From Tubulanus polymorphus (Eukaryota; Animalia; Nemertea), in assembly GCF_964204645.1 (NCBI RefSeq), contig NC_134029.1:11248850-11312849 (forward strand): a DNA stretch of 64,000 bases, given 5' to 3'. How positions within the stretch are numbered: position 1 is the first letter of the stretch; each line of letters opens with the position of its first letter. This document shows, one piece after another, positions 39,101 to 54,900 of the stretch. Below the pieces are notes generated by a model, which was not told where the DNA came from, did not search any database, and saw only the letters and a list, made by a program, of their open reading frames with translations. The position numbers and the translations under genes are program-made.

Positions 39101-39718
39101 ACGGTTCGATTGGCTAACGTGTTGACTATACCATTATGGAAAATAGGATGGGTAGGATCCGTTAAGGCGATTACACTATGCTTTGTAGCGAAGGTAGATA
39201 TTACCTATGGCTATTACTATTACACAACTTCCTCAGCCATGCATTTTATTTTTGAAACAGATCGTTACATTGAAATGTACTAAAATAAGAACGCTATAAT
39301 GTCTTTAGAAAATGAACGATCAATTTATTTTCACAAGTCCTCAAAGAATTTTTCAGGATTTGGAGAAAATTGGACCACTTTTGATTGGGGGAAAATGTTG
39401 TTTAACAGTTTGTTAAAAAACAGCCTCTCGGAAATCCTCTGATAGAACTGGCATCTCATGCATCCATTCACTGTACTATTTAGTCAATTTTAAACCCGGT
39501 CTTTGACCATATGGACCTCATGGTCCTCATGTAATATTTTGATTTGATTAATCCTTGGTTTTTAAACTTAAATCTGTATATAATGGGTTTTTATCTTTAT
39601 GTTGCCTGTCTTGTCTGTTTTCTTGCTTACCCAAGAGAGACATGTGGCAATGCTACATTCTACTTAGTGTCGAACTGAGTCACACATACATAGTTCATTA
39701 TTGCTAACCATATTTTAG

Positions 39719-42700
39719 GAACCACTACCCCACCCCCAGGTAGCGCTGAAAGTTATGACGAGAATGAGTACTATTTTGAAAGTACGTAAGTTGGTCATTA
39801 GAGAAATCAGTTATTTGAATAATCTGTCAGCCTATATTAACGACCAACGGCATGTCATGTCAGTGTCATGTCACAAATTGGTAATCCCATTGGAATCTGA
39901 TTTTAAGATTTATCATACTGGTATAAACCATGTTCATTTTGAAATATGAATTATGAAAAGTAATGTGAAGTAACATCATGAACATCCTTGGTTATACCAG
40001 AGGCCTGCCTTTTCAATCTAGGCCTACCTGTAGTTCTGCTGTAATTGGGCTATAAGAGTGTCATGACTAGTAAGAAACTAAGATAGGACCATTGGCATTG
40101 TCATGCATATTTGGTGGATTTGCAGTTAAGGTATGTCCAAATCAGATTTTTATACTGAAAATGCAAAATTTGGAAAATCCTAATCTGAATATGTATCAAA
40201 ATCTTTAGAAAATAGTATAGCCCATCTTAAGGTATGAAGGTTGACATATTCTTCAAATATGGTTCAGATTAAAATTCAATTATGGAAATGAAGAGAGGTA
40301 AAAGGGTCTGGTCGATTTTGTTTGTTTCTGGTTTTCTTTCCTTGACTGTTCTTCCTTTGTAAGTTATGATGTTTGTATATTGTATTATTGATTAGTTTCT
40401 CACAGCGGAAAACTAAGTAATTCAAGGGAAGTTGTGGATAATTGCTTTGTATTGTAGAAAGGATAAGTGTATAACTGCTTCAAAAAGGGATAACTTTGTT
40501 TGCTATTTATTATCCTGTGTTTAAGATGAATCAGTTCCCTTTGTGTTGTTCTTTCCCAATTGTGTCTGAATGTTGGTGACAGTACACCAGTGCCATAACT
40601 TTAAAACGAAAATATTTAAACTGTTGGAAATATATTTTGTTATCCATTTTCATAACCCATTCCATCAAAAATGCATTTTTTTGTGTTATTCCATTGACAT
40701 AGAATGGGAATATTTTTGTTTTCTAGGGGTGCCTCCTCCAGTAATAAGCAGTGCTAATGGCAATTTTCAACCAATGGGACCACCACCAGATGGTAAGTGA
40801 ATAATTTTTCATTTAGTATTGGTATTGATAAATGTATCATCCGCTGTAGGTTGTTTTTGATTGACATATATTCACTAAGAAGCACGCGAGTCAAATATTT
40901 GATGTGAACAATATTTAGAACTAGCAGAAGGGAGTGTTCGGATGAAGCCAAGCAGAAGATTAAAGCATCAAGGCAAGAGTGTGTTTCAGTCTTTCTGGAC
41001 ACACTTCTCCTCTCCTAATCCTGGATCCTAGCAATGAGTCGGGCCCATACCCGGGGAGTTCGACAACTGGTCTAGCTACCTATAGCTCAGCAAGCGTTCT
41101 TAGTTTCTGGGAAAAATCTGATAAATTGATAAATAGTATCGCTGTTGTAATTTCATCACTTCTTGTGGAATTGGGGTTACCCATGTTTTTTGGTTCTCGC
41201 CACCAGGGGGAGTTGAATATTGAAGTACATACAATTTGCCTATATACGTATATTGGTACCTATGGATATTTTGTAACCACAATCAATTGCAAAATTGTAG
41301 CTCATGACATGTTCCATGATTGTGAAGTGTCTTCAGGACATCGGTTGTTGTATATGGTCACCAGGGGGTGCTAAATAGCCGAATATGATACTATCTTCAT
41401 ATTGCCTAGTCCTAGTCTAAAGAGCAATTATAATGGTGTATTTCAGCATTTTATGGAGGCCCTCCTCCGCCAGCCATGGTACCTCCACCAGACAGGTATG
41501 TGCTTTCATCTATATCTTTAACTTAAAGCTGTATGAAAGATATGTCACTTCATACTTTCAATCATTCAACTTCTGTTTTTGTTATTTTTCAGAGGTCCAA
41601 TGCCACCTTTCTATGGTGCTCCACCTCCCAATTTCATTCATCCACCTCAGTTCTCTGGACCGCCACCTCATTGGGAAAAACGGTATGTGTTTGCCTGGCA
41701 TCAATTCCTCAATGGAAAGAAATTTTCATGATTTGGATGGCAATCTGGCTATGGTTGTACATAGACTGGGCATTGAAATTGACACAAGCATTAAATCGAT
41801 AATCTAGTCATTATCTACAATTTACAAACAGAAAGCTAAACTGTCAATTCAAAATTGTTCCTTGTGTTTGAATGAAATCAGTACCTGTCTATTAAACCTC
41901 GACCTTGGTGCAATGTTGGTTTTGGTTCTAATTGATCCTAATTCCCAGGTTTTGGGGCAAATTATATGTAGCTTTGGATGAAATATGTTAGACTATGTTT
42001 GGTGTGAAAGTAAATGTGCTATGGATCTGTTCGTTGATTTACTACAGGTCACCAGGTCGTGAATCGCCTGTCCGAGATTGGGACTTTAATAAAAGCCGAT
42101 CACCAGGCTGGAGTAGTGGGTAAGGCTTAATTTCCATCGCTTTTGTAAATGTCTTGAATTCCGCATTTTCTTTATCTATCAGTATCTGTCGCTTTCAATC
42201 TTTGAGAAAAGTCCATCATTTCCTGCTAAAATGCCTGAGATTTTTCAAATAATGTCTTGCCTAATGCTAATTTTACTCAAAAGTAGCGGTAGGTTTCCTA
42301 AACAAATTATATGTTGTTTGCCAGTTTCACTTTAACAGTAGTAATCTCTGTATGGATTTTAACACATTAGCACATAGGAATTTCACTATGTAGCGTCAAT
42401 TACTCTTCAGAAAATCAAATAGAAACCCACATTTACGACATTACAGTAGATCATTTCCAATTATTTTCATGTAAAATTTCATGTTCATGTTATTTTGTAA
42501 ACACAGTATGCTCTCATGATATATAATTTGATGAGGTGGCCCACCAAAATCACGACCTTTTGTCCCCTGAAAATTCATCCAGACTTACTGATACAAATGA
42601 GTGCTCAGATCATTTTCATACTCCAAATACATGTACTCTAAAATTTCAAATTGGACCATGTTGATTTCTCTACACAAATTTGACTTCTTAGGTGTCTTGT

Positions 42701-45700
42701 TTATCCTAAGTTAATAGGTTTGACATTTCTATGTCAAGACAAAAAAAGAGTCAGGGCCGATCTGGGCACCTTGAGGAGTAATAGGCAGGGCCTATGCTGG
42801 CAGCTTGATAGGGCTTATAGGTAAAGTTGTTCTACGTGTAGTCATGTAATTCATTTCATTTGGAAGTTGTTTTATGATGATTAGCTAGTAATAGATGATT
42901 AGTTAATAAAGATGATTAGTTAGTAAAATCTAACAAACTTGATTTGATCATGTATTGACATGACACTTCTTACTGTCAGTCACTGTCAATTGGATTAAGA
43001 TTTACAAAGTGTGAGACATTTTTAATTGGTAATTTGTATGGCAAAATGCATTCTATCATTGTCATACATCCTGTTATGGATTTAAAAAAACAGGCTAAAC
43101 TGACTGAGGCTGTCTTGAGGAAAAATTAGATTCTTGCTATAGTAGACTCCTCTCAACTCACATTCATATGGACCAGAAAAAAATCATTCCGTTTAGCGGC
43201 ATTCGAGTCGGAGTTTTTGATGAAAGAGGTCATAAATTATTAAGAAATTAACCCTCAATGAACCATTCTGTATCGACTCTACATGGCTCGTTTGACAGTG
43301 GGATACAAAATAAAAGTAAATTCTACTTTTTACCTTCATGACGTAGTCATGAAGGTTATAAGATGGTAGCGAGTCGATGATGTCATTTTCGTGTCACCGC
43401 TTATAACTTGTTGGTGGAGTTCAGACGAAGATTTGTCAAACGAATAAATACTTTAATCATATTAATGCAGAGTGTAAAATTCAGCTTTTTAGCCCACTTG
43501 GGACTTAAGTCCCAGCGGGCTATTGCATTCACTTTTCGTCTGTATACGGAATCCAGTTATTTTGGGAAGTTTTTCAGACGCTTCAATGTAATGTCTTTAT
43601 ATTTGGGTTACACATGTATCTACCCTAGACACATCTTCAGCTCAAAAACTGGCCCTGTCAGAATCAAGATGGCCGACTGGCAGCCATTGTTGTTCACCAA
43701 AATCAGCACTTTTTACACATTATTGAACTTTTTGAAGGAAATATTGAAGACACTTCGATCAATTACCTTGATATTTTGTATATATTTGAATTCACCAAGG
43801 GTCCAGCAGGATAAGAATAATTGGGTCGATCGGACTCAAGATGGCTGTCCTATGACCTTTTTTGTGCCCTAAAGTGTCAATTTTGGCCCGAATTCCGATT
43901 CCTTTAGTTTCCTGCTGGTTTGCCATTTATCATTGCAATTTGTGATGGGTCTTCTTTTGAAAGGGATCTTTTATACCTGATACAGGTATTTCTGATCAGC
44001 AGCAATCTTGGTATCATCAGTAGTCATTCATTGTGGAAAAAAGTTTTTCCCTATTTTATCGACACCTATGCATATTCTTGTTACCGCCATTGTAGAAATT
44101 AGAAATTGTAGCTCATAGCATGTTCTATGATATTGGTGAGTGTCAATGTCATTAGTATTCTATATGGTCACCAGGGGGCATTGAATGATATGATAACTTA
44201 GTATTTCTACATTATATTTGTACCTATGCATATTTTGTTAGCAAAATCAATTGCAAAGTTGTAGCACATGACATCGTCTATGATTGTGGTGAGTTTAAGG
44301 AGATTTGTTATTCTATATGGTGACCAGGGGGCGTTGAATGGTAGAATAACTCAGCATTTCCTTATTATATGGTACCTAGGCATATTTTGTTACTATCATC
44401 AATTGCAAAGTTGTAGCTCATGACATTTTCTATGATTGTGGTGAGTTTCAAGGTCATTGGGTTTTGCAGATGGTCAACAGGGGACATTGATTAGTAGAAT
44501 AACTTAGCATTTCCATATCAACTTGGTAACGAGGCATATATTGTTATCACAATCAATTACAAAATCGTAGCTGCTGATATGTTGTATGATATCGTATATC
44601 GTCACCAGGGGCGTTGAATATTGAAATTGTTAGATTGTTGAGCATTTGAAACAACTTCCCAAGTGGGCATGGCGTCCCTGGACGAGCGAGTGCGTCCACT
44701 TTTTGGTGGTACGGTTTTTTATGCAAATAGTGGTGCCGATTCCCGGGAGATTCCTCATTAACATGGTTCCCTATGCAACAAGCAATCAGAGCTTCGCGCA
44801 CCTGTAACATAGTCCTGTGGATAGACTGTTTAGTAACACATTTTCCTTGCCAAACTTGTATTCTAGACGTTTTGGCCCCACTTTCGCGGATGAGCCACCG
44901 CACAGGATTTCCGCAAAGCAGCAGAAACAAACATGGCCACCTTTTGAATTTTCAATGTTAGAAATTGTACATGAATTTCAATTATTTCAGCTGTTAGGGT
45001 TTCAAGGTACAATATAACTAGATGATGTGATATGGCATTGTTAATAAATGATAATGCCGCAGTGAAGCCAGTCACGAAATGTTCCGATTGAGTGAACAGC
45101 AGTCAGAAACATATGAATTAGGGTAGTTACATAACTATTTGCAGTAAAGTACAGACAAAACATGAAGCCTTAATGGCCGTTTACAAAAACATTCTAGCAA
45201 TCAGAATTGAAAGATAATAATGATATACAACTTTAAATTTGTTGCCCGCACACTTGCGACAACGACGCTGCTATACGATACTGTGCTGCCACTTTTATCA
45301 ATCATGTGGTCATAGAAAATGGCAGCGCCCATTGCAGAATTATCTTGTTCCGAAAGTGAAAAGATGTCAAAATAACTTTACTGACAAGGCAGTCACATTC
45401 CGATAGTCATTCCTAAATATCAAGACTGCCATCTAAACTTAATGGCAATCTACATCTTAGATATTGATTGTCAATGACTTATATATGCTTTTAGCATTTT
45501 GTCCATTTTCTGGATAGTTACAAACAAATTAGAACATAAAAATGAAAAATAATGAAATACGAAAATTTTCATGCGGGACCCCACGATCTACACGGGCGGG
45601 TGATGGATCAAACAGACAGGGATACTCCTGTCACAACAATTTTATTGTCCAATACTGCGTCCGATTCCTTTTCGCTGGGCATTTCGAATATATAAATTAA

Positions 45701-48700
45701 ATTAGTATTGTATATACTCAACGCATGGGCACTGATTCTGAAACCGGCGGCATTCCCGCAGGATTAGGCGCACACTCAGGCGTACTTGCCGCACCACGCC
45801 AAAAATATCAAGCAAGTTTGATGTCGGCGTCAAAGCCGCAAGCGGCAAAAAGGGCTGAAAATATCACCCGCACACTAGGCGCTTTTGACGCCGGCAGCTT
45901 TGTTGTGGCGGCTTTGGCGCTAGTGTGCGGGGGGCTTTAAGTTAAAATTATGGCCATTTCTAAAATTATAGCAAAATTATATTATAATTTGTAGTCAGTG
46001 CGGAACGTTTGGTTTTGGAACAATGATGAGGGGTGGTAGGTAGTCGTTCAATTCAAGTCATGATTTACCACATGTTACTTCCGTGTTGTTGAAAATCTCG
46101 CGAGAATGGCGCAACATAGAAACTGGCAATAAATGCCAAATATCATACATATTTGTTATTACATACTCATAACTTACTGTACGGAAATAGTTGTTGGTGC
46201 TAGCACAGGAATTTTGCAAGGTGGGAGCACCGTACGCCTTGCAGTTAAGGCATCAGCTGCTGTAACTTTCAATTTCATGTCAAACTTTTCAGAATATTGA
46301 TTACAAAATCTGGTGTCAGTGATTAAAATTGTCAACAGCATTTTAAAGAAATTTAATAGACAGCATTTTGAAGCCGTTGGTACAATGATACATCAAAGGC
46401 TATGTACTAACACATCGTCGGCAAAAGCCGTCAATTGCCGTCGTGAAATTCGAACCATGACCAGTGCTTATTTTGGTAAATAAAACGTGCGTATGAATAT
46501 GCAGATGAATTTTACGCAATACTTATTTGCATATACAGGGGTGTAGCCACGGATGCGACAACTGCGACATATGTCGCACCAATAATTTAAAAACCCATTA
46601 TGCTAAAACGTCATAATAAACGTTATTCTGTATTTACATGGGGGGGGGTATCAAGTTCTTTCGAAGATGTCAGTGGTGCTAATTTACAGAGGCATTGGTA
46701 ATGCACATGAGACTTTCGGTGTAGGCCACATCCAACCCAGTGACTCCAGCGAGTTTTGTTTATAGTGTTTACGGTATCACATCTGGACCATGCACCTCAC
46801 AGTATCAAAGTTGCCGAATTCAGAAGACTTTTTTCATATTACTTTACAGTGACTCAAACCGGTATTCTTCTGGTTATATTTCACTGATTCTGTAGGTGTT
46901 TTTTGTTCATGAAAAATGAACCATAATAAGGGATTTGACCAAAAAATTCTGCTCAAGTGCCGAGACATGGAAACCGAGAAAATCGAGAGAGTACCGGTAT
47001 TGATGTGCAATAAGCTAACATCAGTTAACTATTCATCAATAAATGGTCAAGGGCAGATCCAGCCTACCACTTGTATCGAGGGGTACTCAGATTTGCCCTG
47101 CTATTTTTCTAGTTCGTGATTTTGACAGGCTCTTGTACTAAAATGAATGTTTTATTCCGGGCAAGTATTCTGGAAGTAGTATAGAAAATGGTCTAAATGA
47201 ATCTAAACGAAAATAATTAACTTCAAGGGGGGTAGACTTTATACCCCAAATATGCTTAAAGATTGCATCTCAGAGCCTTGAAAAATCAAAATTTTCTGGG
47301 GGAGTGCCCCCAGGTCCGTTTTGTGCTATGATATAGTTGCCATTCCAGTTCAGCAGGACTCAGAAACCGCTCTGGGATGGTGAAACATCTGGATCCGTCC
47401 CTAGACCAAAGATAACCTTATAGGCATTATATTATCTACAGAAAAATTATTCAAATATCAGCTCTCATAGCCATCAGAACGCATCTCAGACGTTTTAATG
47501 TTAAAAATTTTCTTGTGGGAGGGCCCCCAAACCCCCCTTCTAGACATCGAGCCTTCGGCGCTCGTTTGGATGTGCGCTCCAGATTGTCGCACCATTGAAT
47601 TTTAGGTGGCTACGCCCCTGATATATAAAACACCAAAACAGGTGAACTAGTATAAATTAGGACATATGTAATGTACCTTACAAATTGCATCCCTATATCC
47701 TTTTCTGAAATATTTTAAACTTTGTCAAGTATCTCATATCTCATAAGGCTGTGGTAAACCTCTTGGCCCATGGGCAATTATTTAACTTGGTTGCCGTACA
47801 CCCACTAATTACACCGAAAGGTTTGCAAGTTTCTTGCTCTTCCAATATGGCTATGGTGGGTATTTTGAATTCCTTGTTAGTGCTCATGACACTTCAAATG
47901 ATAAGCAATTTTCTGAAGGTTGGTAACAATGTCCATGGATTACTCATATCGAAATTCACCGTGCTCACATCTCAAAATGGCCTCCAAGGTGGACATCTTG
48001 AATTAATCATTAGTGCTGTACACACATCTAATAAAATGCGATTTCTTTTAAACTTGGTGGGTGTAACGGGGAATTCCGGCGCTACTAAAATAATTATGGG
48101 AAAGCCATAGAATGGCGTACGTTTCATTCGACTAGGTGCCGTATACGTTCCGATTTCAAATGCTCATTGCTGGTGAGGATGTAATTATTTCACTCATCTG
48201 CCATAGGTATTGTTTCATTTTAATACCCGGTGATTGTTTTGATTGACATTGAGGTGTATGCGAATATTCACTTACACGAGGCCTCCACATGCACGCGGAG
48301 TGCTACACCACACACACACACAAGCTCGTACAGTACACTACTAAGGGTGATGCTGTAACACGTGCACGTTTGACATGAAAATAGGCTGAATAATCGTAGC
48401 AGAAGATGAGCGCTGTGTTTTCTGTTCGATAGAATTTTGTAATTTCTTGTGACCTGAATATTGTAGTGGTAAATTCCAGGATTTAAAACGATCTAATAGC
48501 CGATTTCTTCTGTACCGGTATTTTAGCTTCCGTCGCCAACATTGGAAGAGGTTTCCAAAACCCAATATTCAGCCACCCTCTGATATGTGACATCATATGA
48601 ATTTCAGGCCATCCCAAAATAATGGTCTGTTTGCCGTAACCCAACCAACCCGACTCTACGCGAATCCAAAACTTTTTTCTGGGATTCATTGAAATAAATT

Positions 48701-51700
48701 TTATCTTTGATAAAAACGGCCGACCGACCCACTGCCTACTATGAGCTACGTATTTTTGAATTCAAGTGTGCATCGTGTGAAAAAATGCCTTGACATGTGG
48801 CCTAGTTTAAGTTTTCCAGGAAACTGACAGTGTTCCAATAAGCTGCCATTCATTCTAATGCTGGTAACGTAAAAGCGCGCACATATTCAATGTACTGTTT
48901 CATTTTTAACACAGAGATGACGCTCTGGGCGAAGTTATAATTTTAGAATAATTCTTGAAATCTACGCTATTAGACAAATTACCCGTGCACAACGTAGATG
49001 ATTTTTTTGCGATATTGTTTCCATGAAAAAAAGCCCAAAGGTGAAAAAAAATTTTTTTCTTTACCAAAAATCTTGCCAAAAAAAATTTCTACCTACCTAC
49101 CGACTCATCCTGAAAAGTTGAGTCAGTGTTGCGGCAAACAGACAATTATTTTGGGATGGCCTTATTTGAATATTTTTTCATATTGTGAAACATATTTTTT
49201 TTAAATATAAAATAGTTTCCCTGCCGTGCCTACCTGTACCCTTCAAAATTTTGGACGTGGACCGTAAACAAATGTATATCTTTGGTCGTATTTGACTACA
49301 AAAGATTCTTTGAGAAAGATAAAATACAATATAAACTTGTGGAACTTTGAAGTCACGAATTAAAAAGATTTTTCAAGCAATGCCCTTATTCCAAACAACC
49401 TCTAGCTTTCAAGGTAAACCACACTTCGCCCATGGGCAATTTATTTAACATATCAGGGTCATGTACATGGTATTCCGCCATGTTTTAGTTTTTTACTGTA
49501 TGCAATTCTGATATTATATTAAGGATACCATTCTCTTTGTTGTGTAGGTCAGAAGAGGATGTGAGATATCGACGAGACAGGGAGAGAGATCGTGATTACG
49601 ATCGAGATCGCAGCAGCTATCGTAGAGACAGGGATACATCGGATTCCAGATCAAAAGAACGTGAAAGAGATAGAGACCGAGATCGAAAACACCGGGACAG
49701 GCCAGAAAGAGAACATAAGCGAAGGTATGGTAGAATAGAACTCGAAACAGAGGTGTTGCTGTGGCTATGTACTTCTGGTGTTTAGTGTGCTTTACTCCTT
49801 TTCAGTCCATGACCATAATTTGTAATGAAGTACAATGATTCTTTTGTTAGTAATTTTGGATAGATCAGAAGGGAAAAAGACAAGGGCCTTTTAGAATATT
49901 GATTCATTTGTTATGGAAACCCCTAACTTGGCACTCAGTCTGACAAGTAGAACTTTTAAGGTTCACAAAGAAAACAGTTTGCTTTGAATAGAAATATCCT
50001 CAAAAAGCATATTTTAAATGATTAAACTCTAGCTTGAACATAAGAATGCCTGTTCTTGAGCAGACATATAAGCATGTTTAAAGTCTAGTACTTTTCATTG
50101 GCAGAAATGAATTAAAATATGAATTTTTCAAATGCAATTAGTATTGAATGAACAAATTGGAAAAAGTAAAGAAAATTATTTCTCCCAATTATTGGAAAAT
50201 TACCCCTAAAATTTTGGATCCTGTTCTAGAAATAGAATCAATTTGTTATGAGCTATGTACACCGATCCATCCATCGAAAAAAATCACTTCCGTATATCAC
50301 AATAACTCGTGTAATCAATCCGATTACCGTAATATGAACAAAATTAGCATGAAAATGGAAAATTTCCTTCCGATGACATAACACATAAACATAGACAGAG
50401 ACACACCCATACCCTTGCATTACAAACATTATGTTTACCGCAAGGCAGAAAGGTCCCAACAGATATGGATATTGCCAACCAGACAGTAATTCCATAGAAT
50501 AGATGTCCCGCACCTGGAACCTAATCGCAATAGAAAAGATAGTTCTGCCACTCTTATACTTATAATTACATAGTTTTGCGATAAAACAGAATTACATGTA
50601 CTTCATTGGACCTAAAAATGTATTGATTATATAAGCCTTAAGAAGGTATATGTAACGAATGCGGTTGATTGTTCAATAGGGTATTATAGTATATAGTATA
50701 GATAGGTATATCACGGTTTATGGTGTGCTGACCTAGACGTATCGGCCCCACTCCGCGCGGTTGTGCCACCGCACGGGATTTACGCGAAGCAGCATACACA
50801 AACATGGCCACTCTCTCAATTTTCAATGATAGAAATCGTGTGTGCATTTCAATTATTTCGGCTGTTAGGGTTTTAAGGCACAATATAAGTTGATGATGTG
50901 ATATGGGGATGTTAATTAATGATAATTCCACAGTGAAGCTAGTGACGAATGGTGCCGATTGAGTGTACAGCTGCCAAAAACACTGAAATGTGCGTAGTTG
51001 CGTAACTATTTGCAGTGAATTGCAGACGAAACATGAAGCCTTAACGGCCGTTTAAAAAAAATTATATCAATCGCAATTGTAAAATAAAAATAGATAGAAC
51101 CTAAGTTAAAATTCTGGCCATTTCTAAAATGTTATTACTTATTTTTAGTCAGTGCCGAATGTTTATTTTTCCAACATTAATGAGGGGTGGTAGGTAGTCA
51201 TGCAATTCAAGTCATCATTTATTACACGTTACTTCCGTGTTGTTGAAAATCTCGCGAGTCCTGGACCAAACCCCATTGAACAATGTGATCTGTGTGCTGG
51301 CCACAAATGCACACAGATCACACTACACTACCCATTACACACTCCAGTACCCACAGCTTTCATATATCCATCCAATGATTTAGAGTTTCTTCCTGGATAG
51401 ATTTCTACATGAGCATAGCTCGTGAATCATCATGTACGCCAACGTCAACTGTTGCCAGGGCTACCATAGGCACACGCAAGCTATTTAAACTTCATTGGAA
51501 GTCAGATAGAGGGCATATGGGGGTACTGAATGTATGTACTTTTTACGCACACCATAGGCATGCATGGTTTTAAATGACATTCGGATATGACAAAGTTTCA
51601 ATGGTATATACGTATACCTTATTTGGGTTATAACGTATAAATTATCTGGTCGCGACTGATGCGTTACATCTTAGGTAGACTGTAACATGTTAATAATTCT

Positions 51701-51928
51701 TGCCAGTCAAATTGATAAAAATAATGAGTTGTTTCTTTGATAAATTGTACGATGTTGATTCTGTCATTATCATTCATGAAATTTCTTTCATGTTTTAGTA
51801 GGAAACACGAGGATTCTGATGAGGAACGACGTCGCAGACATAAGAAAAGCAAACGATCGAAACGCGAGAAAGATGATAGCAGCGGAGGAGGAGAATCAAA
51901 TAAAGATCCATCTCTTCCACCTGAATAA
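39719..51928 (+). pseudogene. FIP1L1: Duplicated 3' half of FIP1L1 (7 exons: 39719-39781, 40727-40792, 41447-41495, 41593-41682, 42048-42119, 49548-49724, 51799-51928), lacking promoter and Fip1 domain
   Basis: Identical by eye to 15071-27280 at offset +24648; all splice sites intact. Confidence 0.85.
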
Positions 51929-54900
51929 TGGAAATAATTGAAAATGCTAGAGTGAATATTCTATGGACTATGGATGAAATAAGGACTATGAATGAAATAT
52001 TTACAAAGGCATTTAGCGTAGGGAATGTCAACCTCGGTTATTCTGTCCCTGCTGTATCGTATAAGTGCTAAATATATAGATTGGTTCCATTTTTAAGAAA
52101 GTCGAATTCATACTTCTTAATTTCTATTCCGTAGACAAACATGTGATCCCATTATTCGATTTCTATGTGCAACTTTTTGTGTAATCCATATCAGCTTATA
52201 ACGTCTGTAGTGAAAAACAGTGTATAGACAGACCACCGTTGTACGCTATCAGTCATTGACCTCTATTTAATGATGGGTGCCTGGATTCTTATTAATTTCA
52301 AACATTTGTAGCCACACGACATAAAGTACGCAATTTAACAATCTGTAAACATGAGTTATAGAGGCTATGCCGTATAGTACCTTATATCACCAAATCCATA
52401 CCAAAATAAGTTGATCCCGAGTAATATAGATTAGGTTGACCGAGGTTGATCGTAATTTCATTGCTTTAACATCATTGAACTTTTAAGTATTGTATGTAAA
52501 CAATGTGCATATGAATTGTATATACCAGGTAGATTCAAACAACATATTTATTTTCTTGTTTCAAAGGTTTTCCCTCTCAACAAGAAGTTTGTTGCTCATG
52601 GTCCTTCGGGATTAATTATCATGTTGACTGCCAGCTTGATAATATGGTGCTGCCCCCCCAGGTGCTAAACGAATACACGTGGGTTGGCATTGGAGCTGTT
52701 ACATAGTCAGCCTTTGTTCCAAATTGACCAATAGGTAGGATGTAGTTTGTTCATGTTGCCAGCCATACAGGAAGTGTCATTCCTCTGTGGCAGAGTGCAA
52801 ATATCTTTTGCAGATGTGATGAATCTTTACGAATATATTCGTAGCCGGGACTGGTGACAGAACTGGGAGTACAAATTAATTCGTAGCTGGCACTCAATGT
52901 GTTAAATGTGAATGCTGAACTGACCTCTTTTCATTTTACAGGAGAAATGCTTCCACTCTCCTCTCTGAGTATAAACTCCTAATTCCACCAGCCTGGGTTG
53001 GGTAGATATGGGGAGGAATGGAGGTAGGCGTTGCTTTTCGACAAAAGGCTTTTCGACAAGCAATGTGACGCCTACCGACGCAACTGGGTTTATCAACGAT
53101 TAGCGGCCTACGAGAGGCCGCCAGTTGCTGCTCTATCGGTTCGACATAAGCCGGCTTGCGATGGCAACCCGACGCCTACCGACTCGTCGCAAGCTGTATC
53201 CAGCTAGTTGCCCATGTTCTACTCCGGCCTAAGGTAGGCGGACAGTTGCTATCGATCGCAACTGACATAAGCTCATCTGCGACGTGACGGAACTGAGCGC
53301 AGGGGTTCCAGCCAATAAGAGACCGCATATACATAGTTCAAATTATCACCGCTAGTTAGCGTCATTCGTAATTAGTCATAAACTTTCAAATTGGAGTAGT
53401 TCAAAATGTAAATGCTTTAAAAATGCTTTTTCACTTGACCATTTGAGCTGTTGCAGTTGCTAGTAATCGCAAACCGACGTAAGCAGGGAAGCAACTGGGA
53501 GGATCTCGTATCCCGCTAGTTGGCCTCAGTTGCTGCGAATCGGAGCGCAGCCGACATGAGATGGGCTGCGATTGCGGTTGCTCTCAGTTGCGTCGGTAGG
53601 CGTCACGTTGTTTGTCGACATAAGCCAGCCTTTATAGCAGAAGATGAGCGCTGTGTTTTATGTTTGATAGAATTTGTAATAAATTGTAATTTCTTGTGAC
53701 CTGATAATACTAAGCAGCAAACTATAGTTATTGGTTGAGGTCTGAATATTTTAGTAGTTAAATCCACGATCTACTTACATACGCCGATTTTTTACGGTAC
53801 CGGTATTTTAGCTTCCCCGGCCATACATTGGAAGAGGTTTCCATGACTCAATATTCAGCCGCCCTCTGATTGGTGACATCATATGATTTATATTGTAATA
53901 TTTTTTCATATTGTGAAAAATATTTTTGTCACCGTAAACAAATGTATATTTTTGGTCTTATTTGACTACAAAATAAGTCTTTGAAAAGATAAAATACAAT
54001 ATAAACTTCTAGAATTTTGAAGTCACGAAATAGAGTTAGGTTTTTCAAGCAATGCCCTTGTCCCAAACAGCCTCTAGCTTTTTCAAGGTAAACTACATTT
54101 TGCCCATGGGCAATTTATTACTATTCTAATCATTTGATTACTGTTCTATAATTCTCGAGATACGACGGGGCCAGTTAAAGTACGAAATATGAAATGAAAT
54201 TAAGAAATACGAAACGAAATTGTAAAATTTCATTTCGTATTATCCTCCGATAGACTGGCCGCCTGTCCAATTTTGCGCCACCTGCATTCGCAGTCAGAAT
54301 AGGACAGGTTTAACCCGTCCGCCATCTCCCGTGGAATATACGGATCCAATCAGATTAAAGTATTTTATCACGGGAACAATGTAACATGGCCGCCTACAGA
54401 GTGTCTTGATTTACTTTCCATGGGCCTCTTAAAAGTCGACTTTTAGCTCTCGAGGAACGGGAGAGCTATTACGAGCGTGTCGGCATCGTGTCGTGTATGT
54501 TTACGGTGAACCAAAGCACACCAATTTTACAGTCATTGAGTTAACTAAAGATCCAATTACTGGGGTCAATACGCTGCAAAAATAAATCTGGCAACTTTGT
54601 ATTCAAGGTTATTTCACATTATATTGGGTTGAATGGTGATAGAAGCTGATCACAATAATATCAAGATTTTTGAATAATATTTTATCAATAATTCGTACGG
54701 ATGAATTCATTTTTTACAAGGTGAATAAATATGCGGATGACTACATCAGTTGGCGTGAACGGGCACCTTGCACCAAGGGTCGGTACCGTAGCGGTCTTAA
54801 ATTTGGAAAGTCAATGGGAGTCTTTAAATTTGAAAAGTTAGCAGACAATGGTCTTGAAAGCCTTAAATTTTTACAGTTGAAACCAAAATTATCGCCGAGT

